Positions 21,401 through 31,000 of a DNA stretch of 64,000 nucleotides are shown here, one piece after another. The notes beneath the pieces were generated by a model. The model was not told the origin of the DNA, searched no databases, and saw nothing but the letters and a program-made list of their open reading frames with translations. Position 1 is the first letter of the stretch; every line of letters begins with the position of its first letter. The position numbers and the translations under genes were made by a program. Source of the DNA: Balneolaceae bacterium (GTDB lineage Bacteria > Bacteroidota > Rhodothermia > Balneolales > Balneolaceae); contig JAFIES010000115.1 of NCBI GenBank assembly GCA_020832415.1, positions 1,189-65,188 of the forward strand. The letters are read 5' to 3'.

Positions 21401-21430
21401 GTGACACTTGGCGTAAAGTTTAACTTCTAA
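18422..21430 (+). CDS. susC-like: SusC/RagA-family TonB-linked outer-membrane transporter
   Basis: The 1002-aa product has CarboxypepD_reg ([21 protein letters not shown]...YIGYRT). The plug blocks are [11 protein letters not shown] and [30 protein letters not shown]. It ends in ...GVKFNF. Confidence 0.95.
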   Translation: [1002 protein letters not shown]

Positions 21431-21442
21431 ACAGAAGAAAAA

Positions 21443-22828
21443 ATGAAGAAAATTTTAAAATATTCACTTGTACTGCTGCTCACAGCAGGGTTTATTACAA
21501 GTTGTGATGGAATTCTGGAGCCCTCTGTAGATCAGGAGCAGCTTACGGAAGAAGCAATCAACACGGTTGAAGATTTAGAAGCATTTGTACTCGCCGTTCA
21601 TGATGTGTTGAACAGCACGGCACTTTTTGGCCGCGACTTTTATGTTGGGCCCGATGTAATGTCGGATAATGCCTGGTCGAATGGGAATTCCGGCCGGTTT
21701 ACCAACCATCGGGATTTTAACTTCCCGATAACCAATGCATACCCTGCAGGAATTTGGAATAATTTCTATCAGGCCATTGCCAATACAAACATTATCATCA
21801 ACTCTGATCTGGACGATGGCAGTCCGCGTGCCGAATATGCAAGAGGGCAGGGATATGCTCTCAGGGCATTCTCACACTTTCAGCTTCTGCTTGCTTTTGG
21901 CCAGCAGTATGTTGATGGAGGGGACGCGTCGCTCGGTGTGCCATATGCAGAAACCTATGCTGATGGGAATCTCTTCCCGTCACGAGATGCAATTGCTGAT
22001 GTCTGGACCAGTATTGAAGACGACTTCAATACAGCAATTTCACTGATGAGCCCCGAACTGGATGGTGATGCGACAACCATTAATTATATGGCGGTGCGTG
22101 CTCTGCAATCCCGGTTTTATCTGCATACCGGCAATTTTGATGCAGCAATTGCAGCTGCCGATGAGGTGATCAACTCCGGGCAGTTCTCAATTGTACCTGC
22201 ATCTGATCTGGTTTCAACTTGGGCATCAGGGAGCGGACCAAATTCACTCTTTGAGCTTGCATTTACCGATACCGATCGTCTGGGAGTAGATAACATTGCC
22301 CGAATTCTTCGGGATACCAACTACGGTGATGTTGAAATCACCGAAGATCTCTTCAGCGCATACGATGAAAACGATGCCCGCCTCGGTTTGATGACTGATG
22401 AGGGTGATGGGCGTTACAGAATGTCGGGCAAATATGTTGATGAACTCGGTACTGATAATGTCAGGATCATTCGATACGCGGAAGTTCTGCTCAATAAAGC
22501 AGAAGCTCTTTCCCGGCGTGGAGATCAGCCAGAAGCCCTTGAAATTATCAATAACCTTTCTGCTGAGCGCGGCAGTGCCAATCAATACGATGCCGGTACA
22601 CCTGAAAATGTACTTGCAGAACGCAGACTTGAGCTTGCATTAGAAGGTCAGCGGCTGTTTGACCTGGCACGGCATGAAATGGATGTGCCAAACCCGCCAA
22701 CTCCTTCCGGTTTTAGCCGATTTAATAATGGCGAGGACCTGCCTTTTGGCGATTATCGTTACGCATTGCCAATTCCAAATGCTGAGATGAATGCCAATGG
22801 TAACATGGTTCAAAACCAGGGATACTAA
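21443..22828 (+). CDS. susD-like: SusD/RagB-family nutrient-binding lipoprotein
   Basis: It has a lipoprotein signal (GFITSCDG) and SusD blocks (RAFSHFQLLLAFG, AEVLLNKAEAL, RRLELALEGQRLFDLAR). The C-terminus is ...QNQGY. It starts 12 nt after the SusC stop. Confidence 0.93.
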   Translation: MKKILKYSLVLLLTAGFITSCDGILEPSVDQEQLTEEAINTVEDLEAFVLAVHDVLNSTALFGRDFYVGPDVMSDNAWSNGNSGRFTNHRDFNFPITNAYPAGIWNNFYQAIANTNIIINSDLDDGSPRAEYARGQGYALRAFSHFQLLLAFGQQYVDGGDASLGVPYAETYADGNLFPSRDAIADVWTSIEDDFNTAISLMSPELDGDATTINYMAVRALQSRFYLHTGNFDAAIAAADEVINSGQFSIVPASDLVSTWASGSGPNSLFELAFTDTDRLGVDNIARILRDTNYGDVEITEDLFSAYDENDARLGLMTDEGDGRYRMSGKYVDELGTDNVRIIRYAEVLLNKAEALSRRGDQPEALEIINNLSAERGSANQYDAGTPENVLAERRLELALEGQRLFDLARHEMDVPNPPTPSGFSRFNNGEDLPFGDYRYALPIPNAEMNANGNMVQNQGY

Positions 22829-22860
22829 GGCTGATTGCACTATTAGCGAATGATTTAAAA

Positions 22861-22886
22861 GCCGGGTTCTGAAACCCGGCTTTTTT
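22861..22886 (+). terminator. Rho-independent terminator after SusD
   Basis: gccgggtt-ctga-aacccggc forms an 8-bp GC-rich stem. A T6 run follows at 22881-22886. Confidence 0.8.
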
Positions 22887-22944
22887 ATGCTGAAAATGTA
22901 CCGGGATTATTGTGTACAAAAATAACCCGATTGCATAAAAAACG

Positions 22945-24393
22945 ATGGATAATGGGCTCAATAAAGCATATTTTCATTTCTTAGTTAATTTTGCTCAATT
23001 TCACTTCTTCTTTCATTTTATGCTTCACTCTCTATTCATTATACTGCTTTTTCTATTTCAGCCTTTTGGTCAGAACAAATCAGACCTTGAGGGAAGGTGG
23101 TCTGGCTCAATTGAAATAAATGATGAAAGTCTCCGCATCAATATCATTTTTTCGTACAGCGATGGAATTTTGGATGGCTCGCTCGATATACCTCAGCAAA
23201 ATGCATTTAACTTACCAGTTGAGGTAACAGGGTTTGAAGGTGATTTAATAGAATTTCAATTCCAGACAGGAACAGGGCCTGCAATTTTTAGTGGCCGTTT
23301 ATATAACGGAGAGCCACATATTATTGGTGAATATGAGCAGCTGGGTGAAAAATTTCCATTTACACTTAAAAAAAGGCCTTCTGTTGAGGGTATACGTACA
23401 GGTATGCCGGAAGAAGATATACTTATTGAAACCCGTGCAGGGCAAATCAATGGAAGTTTGATTCTCACGGAACCGGAATCTCCCATCATTATCCTGTTAT
23501 CAGGTTCGGGGGCGCAGGATCGTGATGAAAATGTAGCCGGTTTCCGGGTATTTCGGGAACTTTCCGGGGCTCTTTATAATCACGGATTTTCATCATTCAG
23601 GTACGATGACAGGGGAATCGGCCGGTCTCAGGGCGAACAGGATGCAACTATTTATGATCTTGGTGAAGACCTTAAGGATGTGATGCGCCACCTGAAAATG
23701 AATTATGGCGATCGCTTCTCCGGCTTTGTACTGATTGGCCACAGCCAGGGAGGCATGGTTTCAACGCTTGCCGCCAACAGTGCCGATCTGAATGGTATAA
23801 TATTTATGGCGAGTCCATTTCTGCGGGGTGATGAAATCATAAATGAACAGATTATCCGGCTTTCAGAAAATTCGGGTGTAACTGAAGAAGTTTTAGAAAC
23901 CAATCTCAACTTTCAGCAGCGCATCTATGATGTGGTTCGCTCTGAGGGTGACTGGACAACAATAGAACAGGATCTATCGGATCGTTTGGAAGAACAGATC
24001 AATCAGTTGCCCGAACAGCAGCGAGCCGCACTGGGTGATATGTCATCGTTCATTCAAAGCCAGGTAGACAGGCAACTTTCAGCTGCAAAGAGCAGGTGGT
24101 TTAAGTCGATGATTGAGTTTGAAACAGCCGATTATATTTCAAAAATAGATGTGCCTATGCTGGCTCTCTTTGGTGAAAAAGATATGCAGGTGGTTGCCCA
24201 ATCGAACCGGACAAAAGCCGAAGAATTAAAATCAGAGTTTGGCCTGAAACTCGATGTCATTGTCATTGAAGAAGCCAATCACCTCTTTCAAAAAGCAAAC
24301 ACCGGCATGCCGGGTGAGTATGGCATGCTTGAGCGTTCGTTCGCGGCAGGATTTATAGACTCAATCATCAACTGGCTGCAAGAACTGGACTGA
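22945..24393 (+). CDS. Alpha/beta-hydrolase-fold serine hydrolase (esterase/peptidase-like), exported
   Basis: The nucleophile elbow is GHSQGG and a late His occurs in EEANHLF. The true start is probably the internal Met at 23020 (MLHSLFIILLFLFQPFGQ, a signal peptide), not 22945. Confidence 0.82.
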   Translation: MDNGLNKAYFHFLVNFAQFHFFFHFMLHSLFIILLFLFQPFGQNKSDLEGRWSGSIEINDESLRINIIFSYSDGILDGSLDIPQQNAFNLPVEVTGFEGDLIEFQFQTGTGPAIFSGRLYNGEPHIIGEYEQLGEKFPFTLKKRPSVEGIRTGMPEEDILIETRAGQINGSLILTEPESPIIILLSGSGAQDRDENVAGFRVFRELSGALYNHGFSSFRYDDRGIGRSQGEQDATIYDLGEDLKDVMRHLKMNYGDRFSGFVLIGHSQGGMVSTLAANSADLNGIIFMASPFLRGDEIINEQIIRLSENSGVTEEVLETNLNFQQRIYDVVRSEGDWTTIEQDLSDRLEEQINQLPEQQRAALGDMSSFIQSQVDRQLSAAKSRWFKSMIEFETADYISKIDVPMLALFGEKDMQVVAQSNRTKAEELKSEFGLKLDVIVIEEANHLFQKANTGMPGEYGMLERSFAAGFIDSIINWLQELD

Positions 24394-24439
24394 TTATTCT
24401 GCCCTGCTTTTAGTAGCGAATCAAAATCAACCGGTGTAT

Positions 24440-25906
24440 TTACCCGGCTTTCCAGTTTTTCATGGTGTCGCGAATCACATCCCGAAGTTTATCAACAGAA
24501 ACGCGCTCTTGCTGCATACTGTCGCGATGTCTGATTGTTACCGTATCTTCACCTTCTGATTCCACCCCGTCAAAATCAACCGTTACACAGAAAGGTGTTC
24601 CTGCTTCATCCTGCCGGCGGTATCGTTTACCGATGGAACCGGCTTCATCATACAGAACGGTATAATCTTCCTTAAGATCGGCCTCAATCTTATGTGCCAG
24701 ATCCTGCAGTTCCGGTTTTTTGATCAGCGGGAAAATACCCACTTTTGTAGGGGCAAGTTTCGGGTGGAGTTTCAAAACGGTTCGGTTGTCGCCATCCACT
24801 TCTTCCTCGCGATAAGAATCACAAAGTACCATTAGTGTGGTTCTGTCGAGCCTTACTGAGGTTTCAATTACATAGGGTATATACCGTTTCTGATTTTTCT
24901 GATCGAAATACTCCATCTTCTTGCCGGAAAACTCCTGGTGCTGAGACAGGTCAAAATCAGACCGGTTATGAATACCTTCAACCTCTTGCCAGCCAATAGG
25001 GTATTTATACTGAATATCGGCTGCGGCTCGTGCATAGTGGGCCAGTTTGTCATCAGGGTGTGGTGAAACTCTCAGGTTCTCTTCTCTTATACCGATGCTT
25101 TTGTGCCACTCAATTCTGGTTTGGAGCCATTTTTCATACTCATCACCATCAGTGCCGGGTTCTACGAAATATTGCATCTCCATCTGTTCAAACTCCCGCA
25201 TTCGAAATACAAACTGGCGTGCAACAACCTCATTCCGGAAAGCTTTCCCAATTTGGGCAATTCCGAACGGAACCTGCACACGGGCAGTGTCGAGTACATT
25301 CTTATAGTTCACAAAAATTCCCTGTGCGGTTTCCGGGCGCAGGTAGATCACATCGTCATCACCTTTGGCAAGTGCCCCGTAATGCGTTTTGAACATCAGG
25401 TTGAATTGCCGTACTTCGGTCCAGTCGAAAGCGCCTGAATCGGGAGACCGGATCTCTTCCTGCATGATGATATCGTACAGATCTTCACAGAGCCCTTTTC
25501 GGGTGCCGGTTGTATCGAGCTGTTCCTGAAGTTCATCAGCTTTTTCGTCGTTACCATCACGGCGCAGTTTCAGAATATACTGCTCAATAAGCATATCGGC
25601 CCGATAGCGTTTTTTCGACTGTTTATCATCGATCATAGGATCATTAAAACCATCCACGTGGCCGCTCGCTTCCCAAACTTTGGGGTGCATAAAAATAGCC
25701 GCATCAATCCCTACAATGTTTTCTTGAGCCTTGTTCATGGCTTTCCACCACAAACCCTGAATATTTCGTTTCAGCTCAACACCGAGAGGACCGTAATCGT
25801 AAACGGCTCCCAAACCTCCATAAATTTCAGATGATTGAAAGATAAATCCTCTTGATTTCGCGAGTGATACAATTTTTTCGAGGCTGTCTAAGTGAGTTAC
25901 AGACAT
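24440..25906 (-). CDS. glyQS: Glycine--tRNA ligase (homodimeric class II type)
   Basis: The N-terminus SLAKSRGFIFQSSEIYGGLGAVYDYGPLGVELKRNI matches GlyRS, as do LRPETAQGIFVNY and FGIAQIGKAFRNE. Length is 488 aa. Confidence 0.95.
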   Translation of the reverse strand: MSVTHLDSLEKIVSLAKSRGFIFQSSEIYGGLGAVYDYGPLGVELKRNIQGLWWKAMNKAQENIVGIDAAIFMHPKVWEASGHVDGFNDPMIDDKQSKKRYRADMLIEQYILKLRRDGNDEKADELQEQLDTTGTRKGLCEDLYDIIMQEEIRSPDSGAFDWTEVRQFNLMFKTHYGALAKGDDDVIYLRPETAQGIFVNYKNVLDTARVQVPFGIAQIGKAFRNEVVARQFVFRMREFEQMEMQYFVEPGTDGDEYEKWLQTRIEWHKSIGIREENLRVSPHPDDKLAHYARAAADIQYKYPIGWQEVEGIHNRSDFDLSQHQEFSGKKMEYFDQKNQKRYIPYVIETSVRLDRTTLMVLCDSYREEEVDGDNRTVLKLHPKLAPTKVGIFPLIKKPELQDLAHKIEADLKEDYTVLYDEAGSIGKRYRRQDEAGTPFCVTVDFDGVESEGEDTVTIRHRDSMQQERVSVDKLRDVIRDTMKNWKAG

Positions 25907-26141
25907 GGAGTATGAGTGTTGATTTATATTGAGTATGAAATTTTCACTGCCAGATATGCAGCTGATAAAAAAGATCCAAGCAGGAAAGATAGCAATTTTA
26001 TTCTCTTTGATGAACTTATTGTCCCGATGATTTGCTATTTTTGATGTTCTGAGCGCATTTGGTTACGATTCTTTTGATGGATTGAACACCGGAGCGCAAT
26101 AAACCACATATCACCAAAAATCTACAGAGCACTTTATAGTA

Positions 26142-27200
26142 ATGGCACAGTTTAAAGCAGGAATTCTCGGAGCAACTGGCGCGGTTGGCCAGAAATTTAT
26201 TCGACTTCTCCAAAATCACCCATGGTTCGAAATTCAGGCTCTTGGAGCATCCGGGCGATCAGCCGGTAAACCATACAGTGATGCTGCAAACTGGATAGAA
26301 AGTATTCCGCTGCCCAACTCTGTGAAAGATCTTAAAGTGAGAAACTGTGTTTCATCCGAATTTACAGATGTAGATTTTGTCTTTTCCGGACTCGATTCAT
26401 CCGTAGCAACCGAAATTGAAGCTGACTTTGCAAAAGCGGGAATCCCGGTCATCAGTAATGCAAAAAATTACCGTACAGATCCCACTGTACCGCTGCTTAT
26501 ACCGGAAGTAAATCCCGATCATATTGAACTGATCAACACCCAAGCGTTTACCTCTGATGGTTCCGGTTGGATAGTAACCAATCCCAATTGTGTGGCTATA
26601 CCGTTAACCATGAGCCTTAAGCCGCTATATGATGCCTTTGGAATTCACTCTGTTGTGGTTACTTCACTACAGGCAATTTCCGGTGCCGGTTATCCCGGTG
26701 TTCCGAGTCTCGATATCCTTGGAAATGTGATTCCATTTATTGGTGGTGAGGAATCGAAAATCCGCGAAGAACCACTTAAGCTTCTCGGAAACCTTGAAAA
26801 TGGCAGGATCGATCACGCTGTTTTTCCTGTGCAGGCAACGGCAACACGCGTTCCGGTAATTAATGGACATCTGTTAACTGTAAATGTGAAATTAGAAAAG
26901 AGTCCATCTGATGCTACAGAAATTGCCGAAGCGATGAAATCATGGAAAAGCCCGATTGGTAAATTGGGCCTTCCATCTGCTCCGCAATTTCCACTGCATG
27001 TTTTTGAAGATGAGAGATATCCTCAGCCGAGACTCCATGCCGATAGCGAAAACGGCATGCAAACAGCAGTTGGGCGGGTACGGTCCGGTGATGTGATGGA
27101 TGTGAGTTACATCGCAATGGCACACAACACCATTCGAGGGGCAGCCGGCGGTGCTATTCTCAATGCAGAGTTGCTGGTGAAAAAGGGGTTTATCAAATAA
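26142..27200 (+). CDS. asd: Aspartate-semialdehyde dehydrogenase
   Basis: GILGATGAVGQKF is the Rossmann motif and NPNCVAI holds the active-site Cys. SLQAISGAGY and AHNTIRGAAGGAILNAELL are also characteristic. Confidence 0.95.
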   Translation: MAQFKAGILGATGAVGQKFIRLLQNHPWFEIQALGASGRSAGKPYSDAANWIESIPLPNSVKDLKVRNCVSSEFTDVDFVFSGLDSSVATEIEADFAKAGIPVISNAKNYRTDPTVPLLIPEVNPDHIELINTQAFTSDGSGWIVTNPNCVAIPLTMSLKPLYDAFGIHSVVVTSLQAISGAGYPGVPSLDILGNVIPFIGGEESKIREEPLKLLGNLENGRIDHAVFPVQATATRVPVINGHLLTVNVKLEKSPSDATEIAEAMKSWKSPIGKLGLPSAPQFPLHVFEDERYPQPRLHADSENGMQTAVGRVRSGDVMDVSYIAMAHNTIRGAAGGAILNAELLVKKGFIK

Positions 27201-27303
27201 AAAATATCGACATTACCCCCCTTAGACCAGAACTTCACTTTTTCTAATCCGATAAAAAAACGCAGAGGATGCGCTCGATGTGACGTGCTGAAAGGCCAGA
27301 AAT

Positions 27304-27342
27304 GGCGCGAACGTCTCGTTTGCGCCTTAGCCTTGTTTTTTG
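27304..27342 (+). terminator. Hairpin plus T-run between convergent asd and a hypothetical gene
   Basis: ggcgcgaac-gtctc-gtttgcgcc forms a 9-bp stem with one G.U pair. A T6 run lies 9 nt downstream, which is a sub-optimal distance. Confidence 0.4.
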
Positions 27343-27367
27343 TTATCTGAATGGCACAAACCCGCAA

Positions 27368-27754
27368 TTAATCATCGTCCAGATATTTCAAACGAAACTC
27401 AGAAAGCCGAACTCTTGCACTGCTGATTGTTCGTTCGGCTGCTTTTGTGTCTGATCGTTTTACCTTAAGCACACAACGTCCCTGTTGTGCTCCCGGCATA
27501 CCTTCAAGGGTTTTTAAAGATTTGGTTTCAACTATTACCTGAGCACTGAACCAGCCTTTATGAATTGCCAGGGTTTCAATCTCATCAAATGAAAGCTCTA
27601 TTTCCCGAATTCCTGATTTAGCAAGGCCTGTAGCAGGATCAATTTGCTCAAACTCAATTCGAATGGTCTCTTTTAAAAGATGAAGCAATCCATGCTCCCT
27701 GGTATATCCATTTTCAAGATGAGTAACTGTAAATGGAATTGTATTTTTTTTCAC
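27368..27754 (-). CDS. Hypothetical protein (128 aa)
   Basis: It is a clean ORF with plausible composition. I recognise no family. Confidence 0.5.
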   Translation of the reverse strand: MKKNTIPFTVTHLENGYTREHGLLHLLKETIRIEFEQIDPATGLAKSGIREIELSFDEIETLAIHKGWFSAQVIVETKSLKTLEGMPGAQQGRCVLKVKRSDTKAAERTISSARVRLSEFRLKYLDDD

Positions 27755-27861
27755 TTTAAAGGGATTAATTAATGCAGCAGAAAAAATAAAAGAAAAAAGT
27801 GTAAGGTTTTCAGTTTTTCGGGTTCATACATATGAGAACACGAACAAAAAAAGAGAAAATT

Positions 27862-27934
27862 GAGAAGTGCTTGAGCACACTTCTCAAAGTCCTTCGGGGA
27901 GTTGTGGTGGATAATCGCAACTCCCTATTTTTTT
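27862..27934 (+). terminator. Two tandem hairpins ending in a T-run: an orphan intrinsic terminator, possibly the 3' end of a small RNA
   Basis: Hairpin 1 is 27862-27885 (gagaagtg/cacttctc). Hairpin 2 is 27897-27925 (gggagttg/caactccc), followed by tattttttt at 27926-27934. No plus-strand CDS lies upstream of it. Confidence 0.4.
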
Positions 27935-28085
27935 GATTCTGAGTATAGCTCAATGTATTATCTGAACAGATCAACGGAAAGTATTAGATAATCGATATGA
28001 TTTCTGATCATTTTTTGAGCAATCTCTTTTGAGTCATTATTCCAATTATAGTATGTTAAGAGTCAACATGCATTAAAGCAGCTCT

Positions 28086-31000
28086 ATGACTCTACTGTTA
28101 CGATCTATCCGCTACTCCTTAATATTCATCATTAGTGTTATTACACTTGGCCCTGCTCTTCAGGCACAGCAAGTAGTATTCGAGGAAGATTTCGAAGGCT
28201 ATTCAAGTGTTGCCGATTTTATAAACAATTCACCCTGGTCAGGGGATTTGGAGGATTTCACCCTGGTTACGGAAAATGGGAATCAGTTGTTGAGATTGAA
28301 TGCGTCTGAAGCTGGTTTATCTGAATTGAGTTTTGAATCAGAAACAGCTTATGGAACTTGGGAGTTCTACTACAGACCTGAGGTTGCCCCCAGTAATGCT
28401 AATAGGACACATTTCTTCCTGATCTCTGAAACAGATGATTTTAATATTATTGGTAGTGGTGCAACGAGTTCTACAAACGGTTATGTTTTACGAGCAGGTG
28501 ATAATACTGGCAATCGAGTATTTAAGCTGGGCAGAGTAGTTAATGGCAGCTTGGCAACCACAAACATTTTTCTTGAAACGAATACAGTTATAGAGGAAGG
28601 TGTTGGATACTTTGTACGTATTACAAGATCTGAAAACGGTGACTGGCAAATCATATTAAGAAATGATGTAAATGATGATGAAGAGATTACAGTAGTTGCA
28701 AATGATAATATTTACACAACTTCTTCCCATTCTGGAATTGCAGTTATATATAGTGGCCTGAATACAGAAAACTTCTTTTTCGATGATTTCATCATCTCAG
28801 AAGAAACCGACGAATTCCTTGCCGAAAGCGTTGAACTAACCCGTGCCAATCAACTCGACATTACCTTCAATAATACTGTTGATGAATTTACAGTACTCAC
28901 CTCCAATTTTAGTGTTGACGGCGGCGCGGGCAACCCCTCATCAGCAGAGGTTTTGGATGGAGAGGATAATGTGGTACGCCTCACATTCAGCGATCCTTTT
29001 GGCGATGGCGATTTCAACCTCACCATCAACAATGTGCAGGATGAATTCGGGCAGGAAATTGAACCCGGTACGGAACTGCCATTTTCGGTAACAAATCCGT
29101 TTGATGTGGAAAGCATCACCGCGGTTTCATCCACATCGCTTGAAGTGGAATTTACGGAGGCACCGGATGAAGCCACACTGTCGACCTCAAATTTCACACT
29201 TTCGGGAGGTGGCATAACCGGCAGCATTCAGCCCGATAATATTGAGTATACAGAAGGGGAGGAGTCCGTTTTTCTCAATTTTGGTACGGCACTCTCGCTG
29301 GGGGATTATCAGCTTACCATTGATGATGTTCTCAGCGAATTCGACTGGCCCCTGCGTGGCGATAACGTCTTCGATTTTGAAGTGGAGAACCCGTTCATTG
29401 TAACCGATTTCAATGCCTTGAACCGTACTACATTCGAAATCACCTTCTCTCAAGATATTCAGTCCGGCGGAGACAATACAGCTAACTATTCCATTGCCGG
29501 AATCGGATCACCCCAAATTGCCGAAGTACCTGCCGGTTCACCCAATGTGGTCATTATTCAGTTTGCCGATCCGCTTGACGAAGGCGATTTTGAACTGCAG
29601 ATCGAAAACATCACCAGTGTGGACAGCTGGCAGATTGATGACGGAACCGCTGCAGAGTTTGCACTTATAAACAACTTTGAACTTGATACACTCGATCTCT
29701 TTCGTGGCGATGAAATTACTCTCGAATTTTCAGACGTACCCGATGAGGCTACACTCATTACATCCAATTTCGAAATAAGCGGCATCGGCAATCCTGCAGA
29801 TATTTCCTATGATCCCTTAGCCGATCCCAACATTGTGGTACTTGAGTTAAACGAGCCTCTTTTTTCAGACGATTACACACTGATTACAACAAATTTACTC
29901 AGTGAATTTGGCTGGCCGCTTTTCGGTGACACAGAATTCGCATTTACTGTGGATAATCCGTTTGAAGTATCGGATTTCGAAATTGTGAGCACTACAGAAT
30001 TTGTGGTAACCTTTTCGCAGAACTTGCTTGCAGGATCGGTGAATACTTCCGCATTCGTAATTAACGGAATCGGCTCGCCCAATAATGCCTCCATCGAGAA
30101 TGATAATGCGGTACGCATCACGTTTAATGACTCGGTTGATGAAGGCGATCAGGAGCTGATCATCAACGATATCCGGAGTTTGGAAGGCTGGCAAATAGCA
30201 CCCGATACCACCATCCCTTTTGCTCTTTTTGGGGATTATGAACCCGGTGATCTTGTCGTCAGTGAACTCTATTATCGTGTGCCCATATCGTGGAGAACGT
30301 CGGAGTTTGACAGGCCAAGATATCTGGAAATCTTCAACCGTTCCGATAAAACCCTGAACCTTCGCAACTTTACCCTTACAGGGCAAAACATCAGTGTGGA
30401 TAGTGATCTGCCAATTTCTCCGGGAGAATATCTTGTACTGACACGCGGAGTTCCCGTTTTTGAAGAGCGTTTTGGTGAACGGAATTTCGTTGAGGTAGAC
30501 AATTTCCCCACTTTAAATCTCACCACATCAAGCAGTGTTGTTTTTGAAACGGATGAAGGCGAGCTCATTGAGCAGTTTACATACGTAGCGAGTACCTGGG
30601 GTGGAAATGAAGTTTCCCTGGAGCGTATTTCGTTTGATGTGCCTTCTGAATTTCGTGATAACTGGGCCGAATCGGAGGATATACTTACCGGTTCGCCGGG
30701 TCTGCCCAATACCGTTTCGCCACCAACCGATGTGCCACAGGCTGTTTCAGCGGCATTTCCTGCGCCTCAAACGCTTCGCATTACATTTTCCCGAACCCTT
30801 TCGGAATCTTCCCTGGAATCATTATCCAACTTCAGCCTGAACAACAATGCGGTCTTTACATCGGTAGAATTTACCTCTGATGAACGAACCATTGAATTTG
30901 AACTGGACGATACACTTGAAGATCAGTTTGAATACACACTCTCCTATCAAAATATTGATGATATTTTCGGTAATTCAGTATCAGGCGCTCAGCAGTTCAA

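Noticed and set aside
22945-23019. N-terminal 25 codons of the alpha/beta hydrolase ORF as given in the track
   Set aside because: The sequence MDNGLNKAYFHFLVNFAQFHFFFHF is AT-rich promoter-like sequence. The signal peptide starts at the internal Met at 23020.
27107-27367. 86-aa minus-strand ORF between asd and the 128-aa gene, and 26016-26219 upstream of asd
   Set aside because: They overlap the asd coding sequence or promoter region, have biased composition and show no motifs.
27906-27914. DnaA-box-like TTATCCACC (minus strand) in the loop of hairpin 2
   Set aside because: It is a single 8-of-9 match with no cluster of boxes, no AT-rich unwinding element and no dnaA/dnaN context. It is not an origin.
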